Below, one piece after another: positions 27,576 to 37,254 of a DNA stretch of 52,312 nucleotides. The stretch's first letter is position 1; each line of letters opens with the position of its first letter. The stretch comes from a virus. Lineage: Duplodnaviria > Heunggongvirae > Uroviricota > Caudoviricetes. The DNA lies in the IMG/VR virus record IMGVR_UViG_3300044878_000087, positions 258,432-310,743 of that record; one strand, written 5' to 3'. A program made the position numbers and the translations under genes. The notes beneath the pieces are model-generated. The model searched no databases, had not been told where the DNA came from, and saw only the letters and a list, made by a program, of their open reading frames with translations.

Positions 27576-28826
27576 ATGTACACACTAGTACGTTCTCGCT
27601 ATCGAGCCGATAGACGTAAGGGCCGTTGGCAAGAAGCTGACCTCAGCAATGAAATCGTAACCACTCTGTCAACCACTTTCGGTGACGTGATTCTTTACGT
27701 CTCTTACTCGGGTGCAGGACAACAACAGCTCAAAGCACTTAAGTTCGACAATGTAACAACTTGGATGAATAACGTTGATCCGTCAATGACCGTCCAACAA
27801 TGGTTAACATCGATCGGTAATCAGACTCTTCCATTTGAAGCCAAGCTACCAAATGAAACAGAACGACTGGTTCGTTATGCTCAAGCATGGCATGCCGGTT
27901 ACGTAGCCCAGCCCAAAGGGCGTGAGATGCACGTCAATTCAACAGCTTCTAAGTTCGTCAAAGAAGACCTGCTGATGACACACCCGACACATTCTTATGC
28001 TGACTACGATAAGTACTGTCTGACTACAGTGAATGGTTACTTCCACATCACGGACTACACATCTAATGGCATTCGTGTTTGGGATGGAAACAAATCCGTA
28101 CGTCGGTCTAACAACAATCAGATCGGGGTCTACTCGTTCGAAACTGTTGGTGCTCTACAGAAAGTACCTATCACGGAAGCAATGGTTAAGCCTCAACGTC
28201 CAGGTGCTCCTTTAAACGATGCTGCTTATATTAGCATGCCGAACAACATCGACATTGATAACAAAACCGTGTTGCTGGTAATCGGTGGTTATCTGCACGT
28301 ATTGGGTAAAGTCTATAAGCCTGTAGGTGATCGGACTTGGCGTATTGAAGTTGGTGTTTCGATGTTCCTTGATCGGTATATCCAATCTGTACAAGAACTG
28401 GATATGGATCACTTGGGTCTGACTATCGATCCTAAGTCTCCGACACTGATGTCTCTGGATCAAATGCGTTCCGATGAAACCGTGATGAAATATCTCACGA
28501 TGTCTCAATCCTTTTTCGTGGTTGTAGATACACCTTCATTCTTCCAAGACTTCGAACCAATCGAATGGTTACGTTTGCCAGGTCGGTTCATTGATCCTAC
28601 CGGTGACAATCTACCACTCGTCGGTGCTTATGGTCGGATGCTGGATTATCACACGATCCATGAAGTAGATACTTTTGTTTACGCTGGTACTGAGAACAAG
28701 CGTTACGACTACGATGCGGCACATCGGAAGAACTGGACCACCAAAGCTTTAGTAGATGGTGGACGCTACTCGGCAAATCCATTCAAACACGATGAAGCTT
28801 TCTTCCGTGTCCTCGGCACGAACTAA
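27576..28826 (+). CDS. virion structural protein (phiKZ gp130-like)
   Basis: CLTTVNGYFH and VLLVIGGYLH motifs. Divergent from the gp131-like gene and convergent with portal. Confidence 0.7.
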   Translation: MYTLVRSRYRADRRKGRWQEADLSNEIVTTLSTTFGDVILYVSYSGAGQQQLKALKFDNVTTWMNNVDPSMTVQQWLTSIGNQTLPFEAKLPNETERLVRYAQAWHAGYVAQPKGREMHVNSTASKFVKEDLLMTHPTHSYADYDKYCLTTVNGYFHITDYTSNGIRVWDGNKSVRRSNNNQIGVYSFETVGALQKVPITEAMVKPQRPGAPLNDAAYISMPNNIDIDNKTVLLVIGGYLHVLGKVYKPVGDRTWRIEVGVSMFLDRYIQSVQELDMDHLGLTIDPKSPTLMSLDQMRSDETVMKYLTMSQSFFVVVDTPSFFQDFEPIEWLRLPGRFIDPTGDNLPLVGAYGRMLDYHTIHEVDTFVYAGTENKRYDYDAAHRKNWTTKALVDGGRYSANPFKHDEAFFRVLGTN

Positions 28827-28829
28827 CGG

Positions 28830-28862
28830 CATAAAGCCTTCCCCAACGGGAAGGCTAATATG
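28830..28862. terminator. bidirectional hairpin terminator (CATA-hairpin-TATG family)
   Basis: CATA-a-AGCCTTCCC-CAAC-GGGAAGGCT-aa-TATG between convergent genes. Confidence 0.8.
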
Positions 28863-28866
28863 TCGC

Positions 28867-31620
28867 TTAAGGTTTAGGCTCTTCTTCGAGCTCTTCTTCA
28901 TCTTTAGCTGCTGCGCCATGCGGATCATCCAAGCCATCCGTTGGTGCTGCCGTATCTTCATCTGCTGCTGGTTCATCTGCCGGTGCGTCCAAGCCCATGT
29001 CATCACCGCCCCCAGTGTCTCCACCAAGATCGCCGAAGTCATCGCCTCCACCCATTCCGTCATCTCCACCGCCACCCATGTCACCGAAGTCGTCTCCACC
29101 TCCCATGCCAGCGTCACCACCGGTGTCATCTCCGAAACCACCAGAGTCGTCACCACCACCGAAGTCACCACCCCCACCACCTGACGATTCATCGATGAGC
29201 TTCTTGAACTCACGAGCGAAATCTGTCTTGGTATCGTTCTCGTGTTTGATAAACTCCATGAATGCACGACCCATTGTGGATTGAGCAGTAGCCATGTAGT
29301 CCAGCAACGAGAAGGCTGGTTTGTCGCCGTCCATCTCCAACAGTACACCCAGTTCAGGCATGACGTTGTTGTTGGTAAGCCACTGACGTTTGAAGTATGC
29401 TTTAACGTGGTTGAGGATCTTGTCGGCCACACCAGACATGCCCAGTACTTCATCAGGGAACAGGTCAGGAGTAATGTAAGCTTCCAGGGTTTGATCCAAC
29501 AGATCCGAGTAAGCACGATACGATTCAGCTTGACGTTCATGTTGAGTGTTGTCAGGAGCTGGTAGAGCTACTTCCAATGCTGCAATGAAATCGTCGATGA
29601 TGTCATCGATCGGTTGTTCGATTTGTTCAGGGGACAACATCTTACGGTTCTTGATGATTGCCTTAGCCATCTTCTGGCGCAGGATCGAACTGTGGTGAGT
29701 GTAAGTCCGGATGAACTTTTGCAGGTACTCGGTAAATGCCTTTTGATAAGCACGTACACGACGGGAGAATACCAAGTCGTTCTGAGTTGCAGTTGTAGCG
29801 AAGTCTGGAGAAGACATCGGGTCAACTTTCTCAGGGTGAACGCCCATACCCGAAATGTGCATACGACGTAGACGGTCTTGCAGGTCTGGGTTACCAGCCT
29901 GTTGGTTCGTGTTATAGTCGTCGTACTCTACTTTTGTTTCAGCATAGTCTGCACCGTTAACGTTAATGGCAAAGTCAAAGCCAGAACGAATCAAGTGATC
30001 CATTGCTTGCGTAGGATCGGGGGCAGCCAAAGGGAACGAACGGTGTGCTTGTTCCATGATTGCCGATTGGATGTTCGAGATGGTTTGTTCAGCATCAGGA
30101 TCATCCGGGTCTAGCGTGATGTTTACTTTCTTACGACCTACTGCGTTACGCATGCCACCAACGGTGTCAGCCATCAACAAAGTAGAACGCATGGTTGCAA
30201 TCATCTTCGAACGGGACAGCAGTGATTCGCCAACACCGTTAGCGTTGAAGTTGAACGCCATGTAAGTGCAGAGCTCAGCAGGAATGAATACCAGTTGAGT
30301 GCACTTCTGTTCCCAGCTACGGAACAACATGATACGTTGGATTTCTTCAGAGATACCGATCTCGAGTTCTTGATCGTACTCACCGTTACGGAGACGGTTG
30401 TGCAGATCGTTTACGATGATCGAGTTATAAGTCTTTTGGATCTCATCAACTTCGTAATCTTGCTTGCTAGCATTAGCACCCATTGCTTCACGGGTAAGGC
30501 GCAGGATCTCAGAGTTACCATCGTTGTTACCGCCACCACCTTTCCACGACGATTGCAGTTCACCATAGAAGTCTCGGGTAGAGTCTTTGGATACTGGATA
30601 ACCGTTTTGGTCGACCAACAGGAAATAGCCGACGTGTTCATGAGGACGTCCTTGCATGAATACCGGGATCACAGCTTCCATAGGAGGCAGCAGTGCTAGC
30701 GGATGACCTACAGACTTCCGATCCATAAACTGTGGCGATGTTACAACTTGAGCATGCTCAGTTACGCCGTTACGGTTACGCTGATAGAGTTTCTCAATGT
30801 CAGCGTTAGTGAAGTTGTAGTTCTGTGTTTCCTTTTCCATCTCGGCTTCTAGAGAAACACGATGACGGTTGAGACGATCAGCAATACGCATCTCACGAAC
30901 ACGACGACCTACCACCGGAGACTTCAGGATGTTGAAGTTGTCGGTAACCAACAGGTTAGCATCACCCAGTACTCGGTTAGAGTTATCAGCTGCTACGTTC
31001 CAGGACTCCAAAGAGATATTGGAATTGGTAGGGTGTCCGAGGAAACCGAGTGGTTCACCTTGCGACATGCGTTTACGGAAACCTGAATAAGCTTCCATGG
31101 AAACTTTACGTGTACCATTGACGAGATGGTCCAATACGTTTTCTGGGAGAACGATGTGGATCGATGCACCTTTACGGAACATGATTTCACGAAGCACCAG
31201 GTCGAGACGGTCGTTAATCTTATAGTCTCTTTTAAAGTGCTCTTCAACGGGTTCAATCAGTAGACGTGCAATTTCGCTGTCAAACAGAATGGGGTCGACC
31301 GACCACGCCAGTTCTGTCTCACCCAGATCTTTAGGACTCAGGATGTTACCGACCATTACGGTCTCTACCAATTCCAAGTCTGGGTTAAGCTGCATGATCG
31401 AATCGTTGTCAGTAATGTCTTGCGACGTCTGACGTGATACCCGATCCATTGTTTGTTTATTGATACCAACTCGTGGTTGGTTGACACTTTGTCCCTTTTC
31501 ATTTACTGACTTGCGCAGTAAATTAATTAATCCGCCAAGCGGCGTTAGTGGATTGATGCCTTCTTGTGTTTGTTCGAACATGGGGTACGTTTTACCGTTC
31601 CCACCAGTTTTTCGAGCCAT
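28867..31620 (-). CDS. portal protein (phiKZ gp129-like)
   Basis: 917 aa, HVGYFLLVDQNGYP, GVGESLL, several S-x-E sites and an acidic Gly-rich C-terminal tail. Synteny fits. Confidence 0.75.
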   Translation of the reverse strand: MARKTGGNGKTYPMFEQTQEGINPLTPLGGLINLLRKSVNEKGQSVNQPRVGINKQTMDRVSRQTSQDITDNDSIMQLNPDLELVETVMVGNILSPKDLGETELAWSVDPILFDSEIARLLIEPVEEHFKRDYKINDRLDLVLREIMFRKGASIHIVLPENVLDHLVNGTRKVSMEAYSGFRKRMSQGEPLGFLGHPTNSNISLESWNVAADNSNRVLGDANLLVTDNFNILKSPVVGRRVREMRIADRLNRHRVSLEAEMEKETQNYNFTNADIEKLYQRNRNGVTEHAQVVTSPQFMDRKSVGHPLALLPPMEAVIPVFMQGRPHEHVGYFLLVDQNGYPVSKDSTRDFYGELQSSWKGGGGNNDGNSEILRLTREAMGANASKQDYEVDEIQKTYNSIIVNDLHNRLRNGEYDQELEIGISEEIQRIMLFRSWEQKCTQLVFIPAELCTYMAFNFNANGVGESLLSRSKMIATMRSTLLMADTVGGMRNAVGRKKVNITLDPDDPDAEQTISNIQSAIMEQAHRSFPLAAPDPTQAMDHLIRSGFDFAINVNGADYAETKVEYDDYNTNQQAGNPDLQDRLRRMHISGMGVHPEKVDPMSSPDFATTATQNDLVFSRRVRAYQKAFTEYLQKFIRTYTHHSSILRQKMAKAIIKNRKMLSPEQIEQPIDDIIDDFIAALEVALPAPDNTQHERQAESYRAYSDLLDQTLEAYITPDLFPDEVLGMSGVADKILNHVKAYFKRQWLTNNNVMPELGVLLEMDGDKPAFSLLDYMATAQSTMGRAFMEFIKHENDTKTDFAREFKKLIDESSGGGGGDFGGGDDSGGFGDDTGGDAGMGGGDDFGDMGGGGDDGMGGGDDFGDLGGDTGGGDDMGLDAPADEPAADEDTAAPTDGLDDPHGAAAKDEEELEEEPKP

Positions 31621-31653
31621 GAGAAGCTCCCATTATTCAAGTGAGTAAAAAGC

Positions 31654-33816
31654 ATGAGCAACGTTTATTTCGAAGTTTACCGAAACGATACAATGCGGTT
31701 AGCTCGTACAGTGGTGATTAAGTTTGATGCAGCGGCTACCATTCTGAACGAGCGGCTAGCAGAGGAAGGTATCATTGCGGATGAGCTTGATCCAAAATCG
31801 TGGAAGTACTACATGAACATGGCTGGCGAGTATCACTCGACTGACAGCATGATGACGGTACGGTCCATGGACACGTTGGAAGAGATAACCTTTACAAAGG
31901 ATAATCTAGCAATTCACCGTGCAACTGCCCGTGAGTATGTTCCAGGCAGCGTTTATTACAATAACCTAGTGCGTCAGTTCCCTGACCAAGTAGGTTTGAT
32001 CAACGGGATTCTCTACCCGATTGATATCAACAAAGCGATCGAATCAAATAATGGAGAGATTTTGTACTATGATCCTAAGTATGTCGAAGAAAACGAAGAC
32101 AACTTTGATCATGAGCTCCAAGACTGGGTGACTAGTTTCTACAACCGTTGGTATAACGAACAGTTCAACATCTCTGATGACCTGTACTTCGCTGGGTTCT
32201 TGGGATCGTTGTATACCCAACTCCCATTAGCGATCATGTTGATTCGTTTGCGTAATGCTAAGACACGCCGGGCTAACAGCTTCTTCATTCGTGAATGGCT
32301 GGGTTCGAACTCTCGTTTAGATGAGTTCATGCCTTACCTCGATAAAAGTCAGCAACTCCATTTGTACCGTGATATCAATTGGTACGAACGTAACGTTGGT
32401 AAGGAATCCACGTGGCAGAAGCTTGTGGATAACATCCTGACTCCCCGCGGTATTCCGTTGATCTGGTATAACATCAAGCAGAATGCATCGGCAATGCCTG
32501 GGGAACTTAAACCTAAGGCTGAACTCATCAAGCTGGATGTGAACTTCCCTATCGTTCATGAGGGGCAAGACAAGGCTACTGTAGAACAACTGCTGGAACG
32601 TGAAGACGGACTAGCTCGTGATAACCCACTCGTGCGTTTCGATGCCGAGAAAGAGATCACCGAACAAATCGAATCCGATCAGTTCTCTACGTTGCCTACT
32701 AAGATCCTCGACTCAGAAGTAATCGACCGTTCCACGTCATCTGTTCGTTCACATATGCATGTACTGATTAACGAATGGTTGGACCTGGCTTCACGTGGTA
32801 AGTATCGTGCTTATGTACAGATCCCTAACCCACGTACAGGTGAGCTGATGACTATCTCGGTGAAAGATGCTTTCATCATGATGCTCTATGCTTACATCCA
32901 AGTCTGGGACTGGGACATTCCAATGATCCCTTCGGTAGTTGCTTATGAAGTCATGCGTTCACCTCTGCCTGACCTAGTGGAGCTCCGTAAGTTCGTTTCT
33001 CCTCGTATCGTAGGTGACAACGTATTGACTGCGATTATGGACCGTCGTTTCCCAATGGGTTCATACATCTCCACCGAGCAGTTCTATCTGGATGCTACTC
33101 GTTGCCATAAGTCTTACCTGCGTCTGTGGGAACTGTATTCGTTCCAGGAACACAAAGATGGACGGGCTATGTGTGAAAACGCTGTTAAGGCGAACTACAT
33201 GAACCGTACTTGCCGATTGGTAAAGGACCCAATCTCATTCGATGATTACTTCCTACCACAAGGCATTGACATTCGTGGCTTCCGTCAATCGGAATATGAA
33301 CAACTCGTAACTGATTGCATTAACATTGCTACTGGTGCGAATCTGTTCAAAGTGATCACTCTGGGTGAGATCCAACGGGAACTGTTGCGTTTGATGAAGC
33401 GTCTATCATCATACCCACTCCAGTACCTCCGTAACGTCGCTTACACGAACTTCCACGTCATTGGCATGCCATCGGTCCGGTTAGGTGATTACCGTGCTTC
33501 AATGAGCGCATACTTCCGTGTGGTGGCTGATGACGTAACGGTACAGTCTTATCGGTCTACGGGTTTGGTTAAGACTAAGATCACTGACAAAGTGGTAATG
33601 CCCGACGTGAAGCTTTCGGCTGATGGTACACTAGCAGCTAAGATTGATCCGACCATTACAGTTGCTGACCTATCGCTAGCTGTGTCCCGTGTTAAAACCC
33701 GTGTACCACACATCGGTGTGCAGACTGTTCGGTTCTATGTAGATGATGCTCCTCCGGTCGATAACTATCTCGGCATGTACCAGAACTCGAATGACCCTAA
33801 CTACCCTGACATGTAA
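31654..33816 (+). CDS. virion structural protein (phiKZ gp128-like, baseplate)
   Basis: WKYYMNMAGEYH N-terminal motif, 720 aa, divergent from portal. Confidence 0.75.
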   Translation: MSNVYFEVYRNDTMRLARTVVIKFDAAATILNERLAEEGIIADELDPKSWKYYMNMAGEYHSTDSMMTVRSMDTLEEITFTKDNLAIHRATAREYVPGSVYYNNLVRQFPDQVGLINGILYPIDINKAIESNNGEILYYDPKYVEENEDNFDHELQDWVTSFYNRWYNEQFNISDDLYFAGFLGSLYTQLPLAIMLIRLRNAKTRRANSFFIREWLGSNSRLDEFMPYLDKSQQLHLYRDINWYERNVGKESTWQKLVDNILTPRGIPLIWYNIKQNASAMPGELKPKAELIKLDVNFPIVHEGQDKATVEQLLEREDGLARDNPLVRFDAEKEITEQIESDQFSTLPTKILDSEVIDRSTSSVRSHMHVLINEWLDLASRGKYRAYVQIPNPRTGELMTISVKDAFIMMLYAYIQVWDWDIPMIPSVVAYEVMRSPLPDLVELRKFVSPRIVGDNVLTAIMDRRFPMGSYISTEQFYLDATRCHKSYLRLWELYSFQEHKDGRAMCENAVKANYMNRTCRLVKDPISFDDYFLPQGIDIRGFRQSEYEQLVTDCINIATGANLFKVITLGEIQRELLRLMKRLSSYPLQYLRNVAYTNFHVIGMPSVRLGDYRASMSAYFRVVADDVTVQSYRSTGLVKTKITDKVVMPDVKLSADGTLAAKIDPTITVADLSLAVSRVKTRVPHIGVQTVRFYVDDAPPVDNYLGMYQNSNDPNYPDM

Positions 33817-33824
33817 GGTGAGAG

Positions 33825-34703
33825 ATGTATATCACACAAGACTACCTGAGGGTAGGATCATGGCAAGCTGTCATCGACATGATCAACGACAAATACAACT
33901 TCCAGCTCCAACCAGGAATTGTGAAGTTAAAGGAAATGAAATCACTGGGTCCCAAGCGGACTCAGATTGAGATCATTCCTAATCGGTCCAGTAACCCTGG
34001 CAACTTAATGCCGGCTATTACAGAGACTGTATTCACTTACGATCGATTGAACTGTACTGAATTCTTTCGTAACACCGTTGCTGTTAATATCAGTGGGCTA
34101 AAGCTACCAATCACCACGTTTGATATCCTCAAGCAGATCGGTGATCGCAATCAGATCGTATTTGAAACAGATGACTTTGTGCACCAAACCTTCGATCATT
34201 ATAATGCTCCAGCCGAACCGGATTTCATTATCCAGGCTGACTCGCATTCCCTGCGATTCGTAGGACACTTGAAAGTTCGATTGGTTAACACCACAAAGTT
34301 TAACCTGTCCTCTATTACCGATGTGATACTGGAGTTTCCTGAAGTAACGCAGAAGCATAACCCAGCCATTAAGTGTGGTGACTTTGTGTTCGGTCGTTAT
34401 GACTTTACCAATTGGCGGGAACTGTTGAAGGATACGCCTACGGGTTTGTATCACAATCCTGGATTAATTGCTAAGGCTATTAATGCATGTACGGGTATCC
34501 GCATGTCGATAGGGCCACAACCTTACACAGAGAGCCTGGTGCACACTTTGGTAGATGATGAGCCACATTGTAAGGTTCTGTATCACGGAGCTCCTACGTC
34601 ACTGTGGACAGCCAGACAGGATTGTAATCGTGTACTGGTAATAGAACTCAATCCAGCATACTCCACTGGCATGGATGGTTACATCCGTTTGCATTACGAT
34701 TGA
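33825..34703 (+). CDS. virion structural protein (gp127-like)
   Basis: VFTYDRLN motif. Cotranscribed with the gp128-like gene. Confidence 0.65.
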   Translation: MYITQDYLRVGSWQAVIDMINDKYNFQLQPGIVKLKEMKSLGPKRTQIEIIPNRSSNPGNLMPAITETVFTYDRLNCTEFFRNTVAVNISGLKLPITTFDILKQIGDRNQIVFETDDFVHQTFDHYNAPAEPDFIIQADSHSLRFVGHLKVRLVNTTKFNLSSITDVILEFPEVTQKHNPAIKCGDFVFGRYDFTNWRELLKDTPTGLYHNPGLIAKAINACTGIRMSIGPQPYTESLVHTLVDDEPHCKVLYHGAPTSLWTARQDCNRVLVIELNPAYSTGMDGYIRLHYD

Positions 34704-34710
34704 GGTTGGT

Positions 34711-35139
34711 ATGTACGTACTAGACACGAAACAAACATTGTTGAATAAGTTCAACAAAGCTACTGGTAAGAAAGTTCTACTCGAAGATGTGGACTTTGTT
34801 AATGCCGGGGTATGGTTACAAAACGCATGCAATGCTAAAGTAACGATTCGAGCTAAGGCTAGTTCCAATGACTTCACTGGTGAGGCTACCCTGTTTTACA
34901 ATCGTTACCGCATTGATCAGTTCCTGCCAGATGTGGTATTGAATGGTAAGCCTGGTGACTACGCTACTACGGAAGATGTATTGCGTTACCTACGTGTAAC
35001 CTATCAGATCCCCGCTTACGATACGGACTTCTATACTGGTGCGATCGATCCTACCGCTACTGAAGTTGTATTGACTCCGCGGATTGATTCTGTTGCGTGG
35101 TTACCACCACACCCAATCACGCTAAAGTTCCCCGTTTAA
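34711..35139 (+). CDS. virion structural protein (gp126-like)
   Basis: LFYNRYRI motif related to the upstream gene and to 15946-16485. GAGGT RBS before ATG 34711. Confidence 0.65.
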   Translation: MYVLDTKQTLLNKFNKATGKKVLLEDVDFVNAGVWLQNACNAKVTIRAKASSNDFTGEATLFYNRYRIDQFLPDVVLNGKPGDYATTEDVLRYLRVTYQIPAYDTDFYTGAIDPTATEVVLTPRIDSVAWLPPHPITLKFPV

Positions 35140-35155
35140 ACAAAAAAAAATATGA

Positions 35156-35187
35156 CATAGAGGCCACCCCGAAGGGTGGCCAATATG
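35156..35187. terminator. bidirectional hairpin terminator (CATA-hairpin-TATG family)
   Basis: CATA-ga-GGCCACCC-CGAA-GGGTGGCC-aa-TATG. Confidence 0.8.
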
Positions 35188-35198
35188 TTGTTAGGTGG

Positions 35199-35627
35199 TT
35201 AAGTTAGGAGTTTTGGTTGCTCTAGCCAGGTCTCGCCCTTATCATCCCGATAAGAGTAGACTTGGTTATCACGGATGAACGCATCTAAACGCTCACGGTG
35301 CACAACAACTGTCTGCATGAAACCATCGCGTGGCTTTATGCGAACCAGTACACCTTGATATGCAGCACGCTTATGCTTCAACAGTGCAGCGAACAACACT
35401 CTACATTGCAACATCGGAAGTCGGTACCGTCTTGCTTCCGATTTAACTACACGCACGTTTTGCTCAGACATTAACGGCGTGTAGATCGCACGCAACATGA
35501 GCCCGATTATGGCACGACGTCGATTGAAACCATCCGACATCTTTTTAGCAATGCGATGTTTCCGCTTGCCCACCATAAACAACTCAGGTCGCGACCTTCC
35601 TTTACGAAGACGAAGTGGTTCTGTCAT
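35199..35627 (-). CDS. basic hypothetical protein
   Basis: Arg/Lys-rich ORF with ATGA overlap with the upstream gene. Confidence 0.6.
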   Translation of the reverse strand: MTEPLRLRKGRSRPELFMVGKRKHRIAKKMSDGFNRRRAIIGLMLRAIYTPLMSEQNVRVVKSEARRYRLPMLQCRVLFAALLKHKRAAYQGVLVRIKPRDGFMQTVVVHRERLDAFIRDNQVYSYRDDKGETWLEQPKLLT

Positions 35628-36388
35628 GCAAACACCACAACGAATTCACCATCTTTAAAACCGAACTCGTGTTTCTCGTTATCGTACCACACATCTACCT
35701 CGATACGTTTGAGCGCATCGACGTACTCCCTTACCAGTGCACCATTCTTACGAACTTCTGTACGGATCTGGTTCAGCAAAGCTTTGTGGCTGTGACGGAA
35801 ATATTTGCTGCGCTGAGTTTTAACATCATCAGCACGAGCGATAATACCTTGAGGAACCATGTCCATGAAGGACCAGTTCAATGAAGCTTTTGCGTGGAGG
35901 TCACGACGCAAGGCATGCACGTTGTAGATCACGGAGAGTGGCCCTTTGCCACCTGTTGGCATGTTAGCCGTGTCGTCTATGATCTCTGCACGTGGAGCAG
36001 AGACCTGTTGCCCTTGTGGGGCGTAGGGGTTAAATGCCATGTATTGCCCATCGATGAATTTGAAGAGGTCACCAGTAGACAGGACCTTGTACGGTGCATC
36101 TGTACGGCCTGTGTCTGGAAGATCATCCATTGCAACGTAATGGTAGCTACCATCATCATTGATTGAACGGTGTTTAGGATTCGCTATGACGTCATGTGTT
36201 TCTGGAAACAACGCTGGGATAATTACGTTGTCGTAAGTATTCAGGTGGATACTGATCGAGTCATCGAGGTGAAGACGTTGAGCTGCACGCTCTTGTTCCC
36301 AGTTAGTTGGTACTGGCATACGAACTGCAGCTTCAGCAGCCATTACTTCAGCCAGTGCCCTATCACATACTTCAACATTATTCATCAT
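35624..36388 (-). CDS. hypothetical protein
   Basis: AAGGAAG RBS, part of a minus-strand accessory operon. Confidence 0.7.
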   Translation of the reverse strand: MMNNVEVCDRALAEVMAAEAAVRMPVPTNWEQERAAQRLHLDDSISIHLNTYDNVIIPALFPETHDVIANPKHRSINDDGSYHYVAMDDLPDTGRTDAPYKVLSTGDLFKFIDGQYMAFNPYAPQGQQVSAPRAEIIDDTANMPTGGKGPLSVIYNVHALRRDLHAKASLNWSFMDMVPQGIIARADDVKTQRSKYFRHSHKALLNQIRTEVRKNGALVREYVDALKRIEVDVWYDNEKHEFGFKDGEFVVVFA

Positions 36389-36417
36389 AGCTTCCTTTTT
36401 AATTTTGGTTTGGTTGA

Positions 36418-36870
36418 CTAGTTGGTAAGATTCGGGTCACGCCATGTCCAATCCCGTTTAGGAACGGACGAGTCATGGAAAACAGTACCGCCTTTACGGG
36501 CGAGGTCACGGAATTCATCTTGGTGTTCTGATGGTGTGCCATCGAAACAGAAGAGCTGATAGATCCTTGGTGGTTCATCAACGTTCTTATATTTCACACC
36601 ACGTGCATAAAACTTCTGAACTTTCATGAACTCAGGATCACGTGACATGTCCTGATAGATGAACTCAAACGTTTCATCGTTGAACTTCACATCACTGATC
36701 AGTCCGATAACACTGGTACCGTCAATGTAGTTATACGCCTCGACATCACTGGGACCAACACTGACCCACTTCTGCCAGTTCGCTTCATCCTTCAGAAGTT
36801 CTTTGAAACCCTCTGGATAATCACTGTACGGCAATTCGAATTGATACAGATGATCGCCAAGTGATTTCAT
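36418..36870 (-). CDS. hypothetical protein
   Basis: ATGA overlap with the upstream gene. Confidence 0.7.
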   Translation of the reverse strand: MKSLGDHLYQFELPYSDYPEGFKELLKDEANWQKWVSVGPSDVEAYNYIDGTSVIGLISDVKFNDETFEFIYQDMSRDPEFMKVQKFYARGVKYKNVDEPPRIYQLFCFDGTPSEHQDEFRDLARKGGTVFHDSSVPKRDWTWRDPNLTN

Positions 36871-37199
36871 TGGGTAACGAACTCCACGAACTTGATTACC
36901 CCACCAACCGCTTTACCACCACGGAACAGAATACCGTAGGTAGGCTCGATGGTGTGATCCAGGTGATCTTCTTCGGTAAAGCCATCCAGCAGATTGAGAT
37001 CATAGGTGAAATGATCATCGAAGAACTGAACGTTGCTGATGAACGCCTTGGCATTCATTGCGGTATTAATGGTATCCAGAGCTGCACCATCGTGAGCTTT
37101 GTAAACCCATGGGGTAGGGTTCTCTTCGAAGAACTTCTTCCAGTCAACCAGGGTCAGACCTTTGTCACGATCGTTACGGCGAACACACAGAGAAATCAT
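36867..37199 (-). CDS. hypothetical protein
   Basis: GGAG RBS, coupled to the next gene. Confidence 0.65.
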   Translation of the reverse strand: MISLCVRRNDRDKGLTLVDWKKFFEENPTPWVYKAHDGAALDTINTAMNAKAFISNVQFFDDHFTYDLNLLDGFTEEDHLDHTIEPTYGILFRGGKAVGGVIKFVEFVTQ

Positions 37200-37216
37200 T
37201 TACTGCTCCAAACAGA

Positions 37217-37247
37217 ATAAAACCCTTCCCCGAAAGGAAGGGCTTAG
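37217..37247 (-). terminator. hairpin terminator
   Basis: Minus strand GCCCTTCC-TTTCGG-GGAAGGGT-TTTATT after the 724-aa gene. Confidence 0.7.
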
Positions 37248-37254
37248 AAATGGT

